NCBI GenBank assembly: GCA_030640155.1
Contig: DAOWJX010000147.1
Coordinates: 1-27,472 of the forward strand
Length of the DNA: 27,472 nucleotides
Source of the DNA: Candidatus Aegiribacteria sp.
GTDB taxonomy: Bacteria; Fermentibacterota; Fermentibacteria; Fermentibacterales; JCC-6
Reading direction: 5' to 3'
A program made the translations under genes and the position numbers. Every line of letters begins with the position of its first letter. The first letter of the stretch is position 1. Positions 16,967-25,653 of this stretch are shown here, piece by piece. The notes beneath the pieces are model-generated. The model did not search any database, had not been told where the DNA came from, and was given only the letters and a program-made list of their open reading frames with translations.

Positions 16967-18088
16967 TCAATTCTTCACTTGAAGAATGTATATTCGGGGC
17001 CATTGATCAGACATGGTATTCATAGCTGTGATACCCCATCGGTTCATCATCACTAACAGCTGGCTTTTCTTCTCCGTCGAGTCCAGGGCAGCTGTAAAGA
17101 GGTAATCACCATTCTGAGGGTCGTAGATCCTGAAGACAGGATGCCTATAAATACCCTGACCTACCCAGAGATTCCCGTCCGGGCCGATACTCATAGAAGA
17201 TATAGAGTAACGGTAAGTCTCAGGCTCAAAAGAATCAAGTAGGGATTCAAGTGCATTTCCTTGTATGAGGCTTTGCATGTGCTCAAGCTCCTGTTGGATC
17301 TCTTCCTGAGTCCTAGGTACACGAGTAAACGGTTCAGTTACAGTGAAAAGCTTTGTACCGTCAGTGTCCATGCAGTGGATAACATATTCTTCGGTTGATT
17401 TCACAGAAGTGTAGACTATTCCATCAGGAGACATCGTAAAGATAGGCATGGTTGCGTCTAGACTGAAAATATCCTCAGGATTGAACGGAACTAGGTCACG
17501 GTAGTAGAATGTTTCAGGATCAGTGGAACTTGTGCTCCAGAGTGCCACACTGAATCCTGCAGTTATGTTATCATCATTCATCTCGTAATCTGGCATAATC
17601 CCAGCGAAAACTGTGTCATTTAGAAAAACAGTATTCGTGGGGGGTGATGGGAAGAAACCATCCAACTTCCCGGTGTAGACCAGAGCGGAGTCAAAGAAGA
17701 ATACAGATCCAGCCATACCATCACTGATCCCCAATCCTCCCGATGGCGTTAGAGAAAGCCAGGACGGAACGAGGAACTCGCCAGGCCCACTCCCCTGTCG
17801 ACCGACTGATGTAAGGTAGTTTCCATTGCTGGAGAATACACTAACTCTACATTTCTGTAAATCTAAAACTGCAATCCGGTCATCTGGCATCCAAACGGAG
17901 ACCACGGGTCTTCCCAGAATCATGTTGCTGTCGCCAGTTTCCACCCCTATCGAATCGATTATAGTGAGCCATACATCTACCTCAGGAAACTCTGCTGCTG
18001 AGCCATCAGCAAATGCTGCAATGGGCTGGTTATCCTCCTCGCACGCCAACATCAGTACGATAATGAATAAAGGGACTATGTACCTCAT
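16967..18088 (-). CDS. Lipoprotein, 6-bladed beta-propeller, paralog B
   Basis: Start reassigned to ATG 18088 (GGAG SD). Lipobox MLA-C. 'DSIGVETGDS', 'VGRQGSGPGEFLVP', C-terminal 'GNLWVGQG...WPRIYIL' matches paralog A. Confidence 0.85.
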   Translation of the reverse strand: MRYIVPLFIIVLMLACEEDNQPIAAFADGSAAEFPEVDVWLTIIDSIGVETGDSNMILGRPVVSVWMPDDRIAVLDLQKCRVSVFSSNGNYLTSVGRQGSGPGEFLVPSWLSLTPSGGLGISDGMAGSVFFFDSALVYTGKLDGFFPSPPTNTVFLNDTVFAGIMPDYEMNDDNITAGFSVALWSTSSTDPETFYYRDLVPFNPEDIFSLDATMPIFTMSPDGIVYTSVKSTEEYVIHCMDTDGTKLFTVTEPFTRVPRTQEEIQQELEHMQSLIQGNALESLLDSFEPETYRYSISSMSIGPDGNLWVGQGIYRHPVFRIYDPQNGDYLFTAALDSTEKKSQLLVMMNRWGITAMNTMSDQWPRIYILQVKN

Positions 18089-18614
18089 ATAGTTCTTCTC
18101 CAATTCAGTGAGTTATAACCAGTAATTGTGGATGGAGGTAAATGAGAATATCCTTCAAGGATAAATCAAAACCAGTCTTCAAAATGAGCATACCAAGGAG
18201 GATACACTCATAAATAAGAATAAGCATTTAGATGTTCGAAGTCGAGCGAAGGATGAATCTATAAGTGCGCTTGATGAGATATTGAACTAAACTGAGCGGT
18301 TCTCTTGTTTTCACTTACAAATCATCATAAGACACCTCTGATTCCCGGTCAATCTGACAATTGCGCTATTTTGGTTTTTCAGAATTCCATGACGTAAATT
18401 CACATCTACACGAAGATTCAACAGTTTATGACAGACTCAGACAACTGCTTCTGATGAAGCCTGCTTGTTCAGCAGATACCCGGACTATGCCCAGGTGAAT
18501 TGTATCGGGGGATTATTGCATCTCCGCCAGAGTACATCAAGCTTCAGCGATTCTATTACTGCTGTGGTTACCTTGAGAATGATCTCTCCGGAATGATGGG
18601 CGACCCCTCATGAT

Positions 18615-19088
18615 CTAGGAGTACATTCGGATTATTTCACCTGATCTGAACAATGCCGAATTGGGGCATGAAAGAACATTACAGAAGGCAATAGCTTGGT
18701 GCGGATCCTTTTTCGGATAAAGATACGCCATTACAGTAAGAGCATCCGTGTTGCAGGGACAGCTGCCAAGAACATCAAGTGAAGTGCCGCAATGAGGGCA
18801 TGATAGATCAAGTATCTCATCCGGATTCGCTTCACCTTCCAGTACCTGGTAAGCTGAATCTCCGAGAACAGCTGACAGGGCCACCAGGCCATCTCCACTT
18901 CTCCTGCCCGAGAACTTGACTACTATCGCCGGATATCCGGAAACAGGATGATCCAGTGAAATGAGATTATGACCCTCTGGGCAGTAGACTGCATTCACTA
19001 CAACCTCGGCCTTTTCCTTCTCGTTCTTATCGTGGTTCATCTCGGGAATCTTTAATCTTCCTTTGTCATCAAACATGCTTCCAGGCAT
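18615..19088 (-). CDS. Hypothetical Cys-rich, probably Zn-binding protein
   Basis: GAAAGGGG SD. Ligand pattern CPEGH...CPHC...CPC...CNVLSC. Confidence 0.7.
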   Translation of the reverse strand: MPGSMFDDKGRLKIPEMNHDKNEKEKAEVVVNAVYCPEGHNLISLDHPVSGYPAIVVKFSGRRSGDGLVALSAVLGDSAYQVLEGEANPDEILDLSCPHCGTSLDVLGSCPCNTDALTVMAYLYPKKDPHQAIAFCNVLSCPNSALFRSGEIIRMYS

Positions 19089-19204
19089 GAAATGCCCCTT
19101 TCAATATGTTTCTCGATGTTATTCTCAATAACGCAATGATAGATAGAAATCGTCATTTGGGAAAGGGTTGAGATTGCCAATAACCTACTAATGTTGTGGG
19201 AAAA

Positions 19205-19233
19205 TTGTATAAAAGCTTCAATCATAGTATGAT
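19205..19233 (+). promoter_or_regulatory. Putative sigma70 promoter of the S9 peptidase
   Basis: TTGTAT-N17-TATGAT. Confidence 0.35.
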
Positions 19234-19292
19234 AGGTATACTGTACTGGACATGAAACTTTTCACTTAATTGATGTCCGAAAGGAAGTAGAA

Positions 19293-21311
19293 ATGAATCG
19301 CGGCCTACAATTATCGTTGCTTGTGCTGATGTCGAGCATGCTTGTACTGACTGCCTGTGGAGAGGGAGGAAGCAGTGATTCTTCTCCTTCCGATATAGCT
19401 TTAGACCATGTTGAATCGGAGGGGGCTGCTGATCTGATCCCGCGAGCAGTTCTTTTCGGTAACCCCGAGAAGATGAGACCTCAGCTTTCGCCTGCGGGTG
19501 ACCTGATCGCCTATATCGCTCCGGTTGACAGTGTTCTCAACCTGTGGGTGATGAATATTGACAGCAGCGAACCAAGGCAGCTTACCTTTGACACCAACAG
19601 AGGTGTTAGATACTACTTCTGGGCAGAGAATAACACTCACATTCTCTACATGCAGGATCTTGCAGGTGAGGAAAATTTTCACGTATACAGGCTGGATGTT
19701 GCCACTGGCGATGTTATTGATATGACTCCTTTTGAGGAAGTTATGGCTTATGTCAGCGCAACTGACGAAGATCAGCCGAATAAGGTCATCGTGGAAATGA
19801 ATAAAATCAATCCAATGTTCTTCGACGTCTATTCATGTGATCTGGAGACCGGTGAACTTACCCTTCTGCAGGAAAATCCTGGAACAACTGAAGACGGCGA
19901 CATGGTGCTGGGATACATGACTGACGAGGATCTCAATATCCGTGGAATGCGAACAATCAGTCCTGAGGATGGAACGATAGTCATTTTCCTTAAGGATGTC
20001 GGTTCAGATGAATGGGTGGAGTTCATATCTTTCTCTGCTCTTGACGATGTTACTCCCGAGAGGTTCAGCAATGACGGCAGAGGTCTTTATTACCGGTCGA
20101 ACCTCGAGGCAAACACTACAAAACTTCTATATCAAAACCTCGACACCGGAGAGATAACCGAGATTGCACACGATTCGCTTGCCGATCTTGGCAGAGTTTC
20201 GTTTGATCCTTTCACAGGAGAACCCAGATCGGTCAGTATCCATTATCTAAGACGGAATGTTGAAGTGCTTGATGCTTCAATACAGGATGATCACGATTTT
20301 CTTGGAAGCTACAATCCAGGAGATTTCGCCATGGTTTCAAGGGATAACGCAGACAGCACGTGGATAGTTGCTTACTTCACTCCGCAGAATCCAGCTTCTT
20401 ATTACGTTTACGATCGTACTTCGAAAGAGATGACCTTCCTCTTCACAACTATTCCAGCTCTTGAGGATTACGAGATTGCGGATATTAAACCGCTTCTCAT
20501 TCCCGCGAGAGATGGCTGGGAGCTTCCGAGTTACCTGACTCTTCCGGTTAATGCGCCAGATGAACCGTTACCTATGGTTCTTTACGTTCATGGCGGTCCA
20601 CAAGCAAGGGATATTTATGGCTATGAACCCTTCGCTCAGTTGCTGGCCAACAGAGGGTTCGCGGTACTGCAGGTTAACTTCAGGGGATCAGCCGGTTTTG
20701 GGAAAGCACACGTGAACGCCGGTAATAAAGAATGGGGCGGATTGATGCAGGATGACCTGACCGACGCTGTCAAGTGGGCTGTAAATGAAGGTATCGCAGA
20801 TCCAAATAGAGTTGTGATCATGGGCGGTTCTTACGGAGGTTATGCAACACTTGCAGGCGTAACATTCACGCCTGACCTTTACTGTGCCGGCGTGGATTTC
20901 TTCGGACCATCCAACCTGGTTACATTCAGAGAGACTGTGCCACCTTACTGGAAACCTTATGAAGCCTTAATGAATATTCAGATTGGTGATCTTGAAGAGG
21001 ATGCGGAGATGCTTCAGAACAGATCTCCTCTCAATCATGTTGAGAATATTTCCGTTCCGTTGCTGATAGTGCAGGGAGCTAACGATCCTAGAGTTGTTCA
21101 GGCTGAGTCAGACCAGATGGTTGAAGCTCTCAGGAATAACGGTAATGAGGTCTACTACATTCTTTACGGTAACGAGGGACACGGATTCGCTATTGAAGCA
21201 AACAGGCTTGAATTCGCAGGTAGAATTGAGGAATTCCTTTACAATCACGTACCTGGTGTTGAATGCCAGCTGTTCGAAGAAATTCCTAACTCAACTGCTG
21301 AAGTAAGATAG
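19293..21311 (+). CDS. S9 family (prolyl oligopeptidase/acylaminoacyl-peptidase-like) serine peptidase, lipoprotein
   Basis: Lipobox LTA-C, N-terminal propeller, 'VHGGP', 'QVNFRGSAGFG', catalytic Ser 'GGSYGG', Asp 'GANDPRV', His 'NEGHGF'. Confidence 0.93.
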   Translation: MNRGLQLSLLVLMSSMLVLTACGEGGSSDSSPSDIALDHVESEGAADLIPRAVLFGNPEKMRPQLSPAGDLIAYIAPVDSVLNLWVMNIDSSEPRQLTFDTNRGVRYYFWAENNTHILYMQDLAGEENFHVYRLDVATGDVIDMTPFEEVMAYVSATDEDQPNKVIVEMNKINPMFFDVYSCDLETGELTLLQENPGTTEDGDMVLGYMTDEDLNIRGMRTISPEDGTIVIFLKDVGSDEWVEFISFSALDDVTPERFSNDGRGLYYRSNLEANTTKLLYQNLDTGEITEIAHDSLADLGRVSFDPFTGEPRSVSIHYLRRNVEVLDASIQDDHDFLGSYNPGDFAMVSRDNADSTWIVAYFTPQNPASYYVYDRTSKEMTFLFTTIPALEDYEIADIKPLLIPARDGWELPSYLTLPVNAPDEPLPMVLYVHGGPQARDIYGYEPFAQLLANRGFAVLQVNFRGSAGFGKAHVNAGNKEWGGLMQDDLTDAVKWAVNEGIADPNRVVIMGGSYGGYATLAGVTFTPDLYCAGVDFFGPSNLVTFRETVPPYWKPYEALMNIQIGDLEEDAEMLQNRSPLNHVENISVPLLIVQGANDPRVVQAESDQMVEALRNNGNEVYYILYGNEGHGFAIEANRLEFAGRIEEFLYNHVPGVECQLFEEIPNSTAEVR

Positions 21312-21330
21312 ATACTTCTTCATAAAGCAT

Positions 21331-21362
21331 AACCGGGGGCATGGGTATCCGTGCTCCCGGTT
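21331..21362. terminator. Probable bidirectional intrinsic terminator between convergent genes
   Basis: 14-bp stem AACCGGGGGCATGG / CCGTGCTCCCGGTT (two G-U pairs) with a GTAT loop, between the stops at 21311 and 21378. Confidence 0.7.
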
Positions 21363-21377
21363 CTATGTTCTATGCGA

Positions 21378-23864
21378 TTATCTTATGACGGTGAACAGTG
21401 AAGACCAGCTGTTCTGAGAATCTGAGACTCTAAGGCAGTATACCGCAGGTGGAAGATATGTACAGGGAATGCTGAGAACTGTTTCCGGTCCTGCGGTGAG
21501 TTCCTGTCTGAATACGCACCTTCCGGTAAGATCATATATCCATACATTGAAAGGCGCAGAAGCTGGATTCAGAGCGGGAACCGAGAGCCTGACAGCCTGA
21601 TTGACAGGATTGCCGAGAATGTCGAACATGAAGGGAGCGGATAATTCTCCATCACCTGGAATCCCGACACCTCCGTCAAAAGAAGCGTATATGTCCCAGG
21701 AGTCGCCTCCTCCGGTTCCTGCCCAGGCAATTATCCCGTCCGAAAGAGCAGGCAGCCATGCCGGACCTGCTGGATTAACCAGCTGAGAAGGGATGGACCA
21801 TTCCGTGTCTTCAAGAGTACTCTGCCAGATCTGAGCGTCAGCACCATTTCCAACCTGCCATGCAGCGAAGATATTTCCTGTCAGAGAGAGTCCGGCTGTC
21901 GGCGCGAATGCCTGGGCTGTTGATGATGAAAATAGCTCTTCTTCAGCGTCCCATCCGGTTCCGTTCCAGAATCTCGCGACAATTCTTGAATTCTCGTTAT
22001 CTTCCTGCCATAGAAGCAGAAGAGTGTTTTCGATAAGTACGAGTTCAGGTGAGCGGCAGAAATTTCCGGAGGATACCTCCACAGGAGCTAAAAATCCCGT
22101 TTCACTTCCTCTGGTCCACATTATTCTCTCACCTGATGTGGTTCCCTCAACCCATGCAGCATGAAGATAACCGGAAGTGTCAGCCGCTGCGGTTGGTGAG
22201 ATTTCTCCGGTATTGATGCCGGAAAGGTAGGTTTCCGGGAATGATCCGTCAAGCGCTTTGACCATTATGTCACCTTCACCGCGCCTCCAGACCTGCCAGA
22301 CAAGCCACATCCTGTCAGTATAAGCCAGCTGTGGAGAACCGTCATAGCCATCACCGTTTGCCGCTACAGTTACATTGTTGAAAAACGATCCTGAAGCGAT
22401 TTTTACGTTGTATCCATATGTCGAAACGTCGAAATCACTCCATGCAAGCCACGGCTCACCGTTTCCGTCCAGCGTCATGTCAGGTGTAACATCCCAGTAT
22501 TCGTCGGCGTCAACGTAGTAGACCGAACTCCATACATCACCATCCCAGTTTCTTGCTGCTATATCCAGTCTTCCATTTTCGGCTGTGAGCCAGGCAATCC
22601 AGGTATTGTTTCCCGAAGATGCTGCAACCGGATAGCAGTCAGAAAAGCTGCTGGTTGAAACCTGAGTGTAGTCATCTGTTCCATCCGATACCGGGAAAGT
22701 TGATGACAGGCGATCTCTGCCTGAGAGCGGCATGATTGTCGGATCGCCAAGCAGCACACATCCGTAGTGCCAGTCCGGATTGTAGATGCCTACGTTCGTG
22801 AACCAGGTTCTGAATGCGACCCCTGGTATACTGCCTGAACCGATAGGTTCATAGAACTGACTGAAGCTCAGCATAGCACCTGTCTTGGTTGATCCGATCG
22901 CTAGAAGTCCGTAATCCGTTCCGAAGAGATACCAGTTTCCAAGACAGTTCGGTTCCGTCCATCTGCAGTTGGAGCACGCGAAGAGCTGAACGAATACAGT
23001 CTGCGGGTTTATGCAGGAAATCTCGGGAGCCATTACAGTGCCGCTGTAACCGGATGGTACTGCAAAAGTATGTCCCCATGGTGATGAGTGGGACATAAGG
23101 TGAACGAACTCGTAACCTTCTGCCAGCTCTGCCTTGTAGTTGTCTGCGGTAGTCTGAGAAGTATTGTTAATCAATTCAATCGTCGAATAGATGTATTCGA
23201 GGCCGGAACTGCCGTAATAACTCCAGTCATCATCATTGAAGGCAAGAGCTCGTGCCGGTACAGACAGACTCCCGGTTCTGTAAAGGTGGTTTGCGGTGAA
23301 GTAATCTTTTAAGAGACTTATCTCATTTCCGAATTCCATCGCATGAGCGTCGATTCTGCCCACCCAGATCTCCGGTGCCCTGTCGCCGGAAAGACTATCC
23401 AGCAAGCCGTCTTCGTCGATATCAAGCCATATTCCATCCAGGTCCATCAGATAGAGATCCATCGGAAATTCCTCGTGTTGTCCGGTGAACTCATCCATTT
23501 CATACCATGCTCTGGGAAGATTTCCGACGAGCACCGCTCCGCTGATATCTGAATGCATCTGGAGAAAAGTTCTCAGATCTGCTGCTGATCCGCCATTCAT
23601 AATCCAGGGAGTAACATTCCAGCCCTCCGCTGACAGATCGGATTCGAACTGTGCAAGCTCTGAAGCCAGAGGAATCTCAAGTCCTTCTGCGATTACGATG
23701 ATTACATCCGAATCACCTTTGTCAGGAGAGGCGGAAACCGATTTATGGAAATCTGCCGGAAGAATTGAAAGCGGAGAAGGCTCGACCTGTGCCATTGAAC
23801 GCTGCATCGGTCCCATCGGAACAGGTGTCTGAACCAGAAGAGCAAGCAGAAGCAGTGTATTCAT
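21378..23864 (-). CDS. C25 (gingipain-like) cysteine peptidase with 7-repeat propeller and T9SS C-terminal domain
   Basis: 'VLVGNLP', 'DLYLMDLDG', 'PEIWVGRI', His in 'LMSHSS', Cys in 'LFACSN', 'LLGDP'. CTD 'GNPVNQ...IYDLTGRCV...LPPAVY'. Confidence 0.82.
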   Translation of the reverse strand: MNTLLLLALLVQTPVPMGPMQRSMAQVEPSPLSILPADFHKSVSASPDKGDSDVIIVIAEGLEIPLASELAQFESDLSAEGWNVTPWIMNGGSAADLRTFLQMHSDISGAVLVGNLPRAWYEMDEFTGQHEEFPMDLYLMDLDGIWLDIDEDGLLDSLSGDRAPEIWVGRIDAHAMEFGNEISLLKDYFTANHLYRTGSLSVPARALAFNDDDWSYYGSSGLEYIYSTIELINNTSQTTADNYKAELAEGYEFVHLMSHSSPWGHTFAVPSGYSGTVMAPEISCINPQTVFVQLFACSNCRWTEPNCLGNWYLFGTDYGLLAIGSTKTGAMLSFSQFYEPIGSGSIPGVAFRTWFTNVGIYNPDWHYGCVLLGDPTIMPLSGRDRLSSTFPVSDGTDDYTQVSTSSFSDCYPVAASSGNNTWIAWLTAENGRLDIAARNWDGDVWSSVYYVDADEYWDVTPDMTLDGNGEPWLAWSDFDVSTYGYNVKIASGSFFNNVTVAANGDGYDGSPQLAYTDRMWLVWQVWRRGEGDIMVKALDGSFPETYLSGINTGEISPTAAADTSGYLHAAWVEGTTSGERIMWTRGSETGFLAPVEVSSGNFCRSPELVLIENTLLLLWQEDNENSRIVARFWNGTGWDAEEELFSSSTAQAFAPTAGLSLTGNIFAAWQVGNGADAQIWQSTLEDTEWSIPSQLVNPAGPAWLPALSDGIIAWAGTGGGDSWDIYASFDGGVGIPGDGELSAPFMFDILGNPVNQAVRLSVPALNPASAPFNVWIYDLTGRCVFRQELTAGPETVLSIPCTYLPPAVYCLRVSDSQNSWSSLFTVIR

Positions 23865-23886
23865 AGCATTCCTCTACATTGGGCTG

Positions 23887-25326
23887 CTAGTATGCTCTGG
23901 CGAGAATGACTTTTACAGTTGTTTCCCTGCCGGTCATGATGCACTTGCCGGAACCCCCGGTCTGATCCAGGGGGATACATCTGACTGTGGCTTTTGTTTC
24001 CTGCTGGAGCCTGATTTCATCATCAGTGTCGCCATCCCACCATACACTGTAGAAGCCCGGTCTTTCATTGATCGCTTTCGCGAATTCTTCAAAGGAGTCT
24101 GCTGTATATGTTCTTTCATTCAATCTTGTAGTTGCTTCATTTAGCATTTCTTCCTGGATTTTATCCAGCAGTCCAGGGAGTTCGCTGGAAACACTATCCA
24201 ATGGTACCTTGAATTTCCCATCTCTCCCGGGATTGTTCCTGGGGCTGAGCATGACAAATCCCTCTTCAATATCCCGCGGACCGATTTCAAGCCTGAGAGG
24301 AACACCTCTCACTTCCCAGTAATTGAATTTGAAACCGGGACTCATGCCTTCACGGTCATCCAATTTAACTCTGACACCCCTGTTCTTGAGTTCTGATGCT
24401 ATCCTCTCCGCAGTTCTCATGGTCTCTTCTCTTGTAGCATCCTTAAGTATGGGTACGATTACAACCTGAACGGGTGCAAGCCTGGGTGGAAGACGGAGTC
24501 CATTCTCATCACCGTGGACCATGATTAAACCACCAATCAGTCTGGTTGATACACCCCAGCTGCTTTGATGAACGTATTTCTGCTCGTTGCTGCTGTCCAG
24601 ATACATAGTATTGAACGCTTTTGCGAAGTTTGTACCCAGATAGTGGGTTGTGCCGCTCTGAAGAGCCCAGCCATTTCCCATCATTGCTTCAATGGTATAA
24701 CTGGCTACTGAGCCTGCAAACTTCTCACGTTCGGTTTTTCTTCCCTGGATAACAGGAATTGCCGCAACGTTCCTCGCAAAGTCTTCATAAACACCCAGCA
24801 TTCGAAGAGTTTCTTCTCTGGCTTCTTTTTCATTTGCGTGTGCGGTGTGACCTTCCTGCCAGAGAAATTCTGTGGTTCGAAGGAATGCTCTTGGTCTCAT
24901 TTCCCATCGAATTACGTTTGCCCACTGATTCAACAGCATGGGAAGATCACGGTAACTGTTGATCCATTTTGAGAACATGTGGTTGAACATTGTCTCGGAA
25001 GTAGGTCTGAGAACAAGCGGCTCATCCAGTTTCTTTCCGCCAGCATGAGTGACAATTGCCAGTTCCGGAGAAAATCCTTCGACGTGTTCCGCTTCCTTTT
25101 CAAAGAAACTCTGAGGGATCAGCATGGGAAAGTATACGTTACTGTGACCGGTATCCTTGAAGCTGCGATCCAGACTCGCTTTGATATTCTCCCATATAGC
25201 AAATCCATAGGGTCTGATGACCATGCATCCCCGGACAGGGGCAGAATCAGCTAATTCAGCTTCTCTGATAACATCCTGGTACCATCTGGCGTAATCCTTA
25301 TTTGGATTCATAATATTTTTTGCCAT
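23887..25326 (-). CDS. proS: Proline--tRNA ligase, eukaryote/archaea-type
   Basis: 'RPTSET', 'NQWANVIRWE', 'FLRTTEFLWQEGHT', 'QSGTTHYLG', 'SWGVSTR', anticodon domain and C-terminal 'ARAY'. Confidence 0.97.
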   Translation of the reverse strand: MAKNIMNPNKDYARWYQDVIREAELADSAPVRGCMVIRPYGFAIWENIKASLDRSFKDTGHSNVYFPMLIPQSFFEKEAEHVEGFSPELAIVTHAGGKKLDEPLVLRPTSETMFNHMFSKWINSYRDLPMLLNQWANVIRWEMRPRAFLRTTEFLWQEGHTAHANEKEAREETLRMLGVYEDFARNVAAIPVIQGRKTEREKFAGSVASYTIEAMMGNGWALQSGTTHYLGTNFAKAFNTMYLDSSNEQKYVHQSSWGVSTRLIGGLIMVHGDENGLRLPPRLAPVQVVIVPILKDATREETMRTAERIASELKNRGVRVKLDDREGMSPGFKFNYWEVRGVPLRLEIGPRDIEEGFVMLSPRNNPGRDGKFKVPLDSVSSELPGLLDKIQEEMLNEATTRLNERTYTADSFEEFAKAINERPGFYSVWWDGDTDDEIRLQQETKATVRCIPLDQTGGSGKCIMTGRETTVKVILARAY

Positions 25327-25411
25327 TGATTTGCTTCCTGTTAGAACGAAAATTATCTATTCTCCTTAAAGCGAAAACTAATTAAGAGCAGAGGATACTC
25401 CAAGGGGAGAA

Positions 25412-25440
25412 TTGACACTCCCATTACATATTATTAACTT
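25412..25440 (+). promoter_or_regulatory. Sigma70 promoter with predicted start at ~25447-25450
   Basis: TTGACA (25412-25417)-N17-TAACTT (25435-25440). Confidence 0.55.
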
Positions 25441-25449
25441 GTTGATATA

Positions 25450-25608
25450 GGGGGCCGATTGCTGAGAGTGGCAAAAAGAACCGATGAAGGCTGCGCCCCG
25501 ATGTTTTGCCAATGCGTGATCTGGAAAACAGATAGACAGAGGCAGCAACAGGCCGTTATAAGACCTTTAGCCCTGTTTTGAGAAACATTCTCAAGGGATA
25601 TGGCCCCC
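25450..25608 (+). ncRNA. Candidate structured ncRNA (~160 nt), 6S/SsrS-like fold or novel leader
   Basis: Ends pair as GGGGGCC/GGCCCCC, with at least five further helices. It begins at the predicted transcription start and has no credible ORF. Family assignment is unverified. Confidence 0.45.
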
Positions 25609-25653
25609 ACATTTCTTCAATGGGCATAATACTCATGTCCGAAAGGCAGTAAC

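Noticed and set aside
18142-18213. 23-aa small ORF preceded by GGAGGT
   Set aside because: The SD is only 2 nt from the ATG, and the peptide has no recognisable features.
23887-24060. ProRS C-terminal Zn site with only two Cys (WDGD instead of WCG)
   Set aside because: As recalled, this variant is common in Bacteroidota-type ProRS, so it is not novel.
25327-25620. T-box leader for proS, or tmRNA/tRNA, TPP, SAM-I or lysine riboswitch
   Set aside because: There is no T-box GGTGGNACC on the minus strand and no T-loop or G3-U wobble for tmRNA/tRNA. Fragments such as GCTGAGA, TGATCTGGA and CAGCAAC are not in the order or pairing context of those aptamers.
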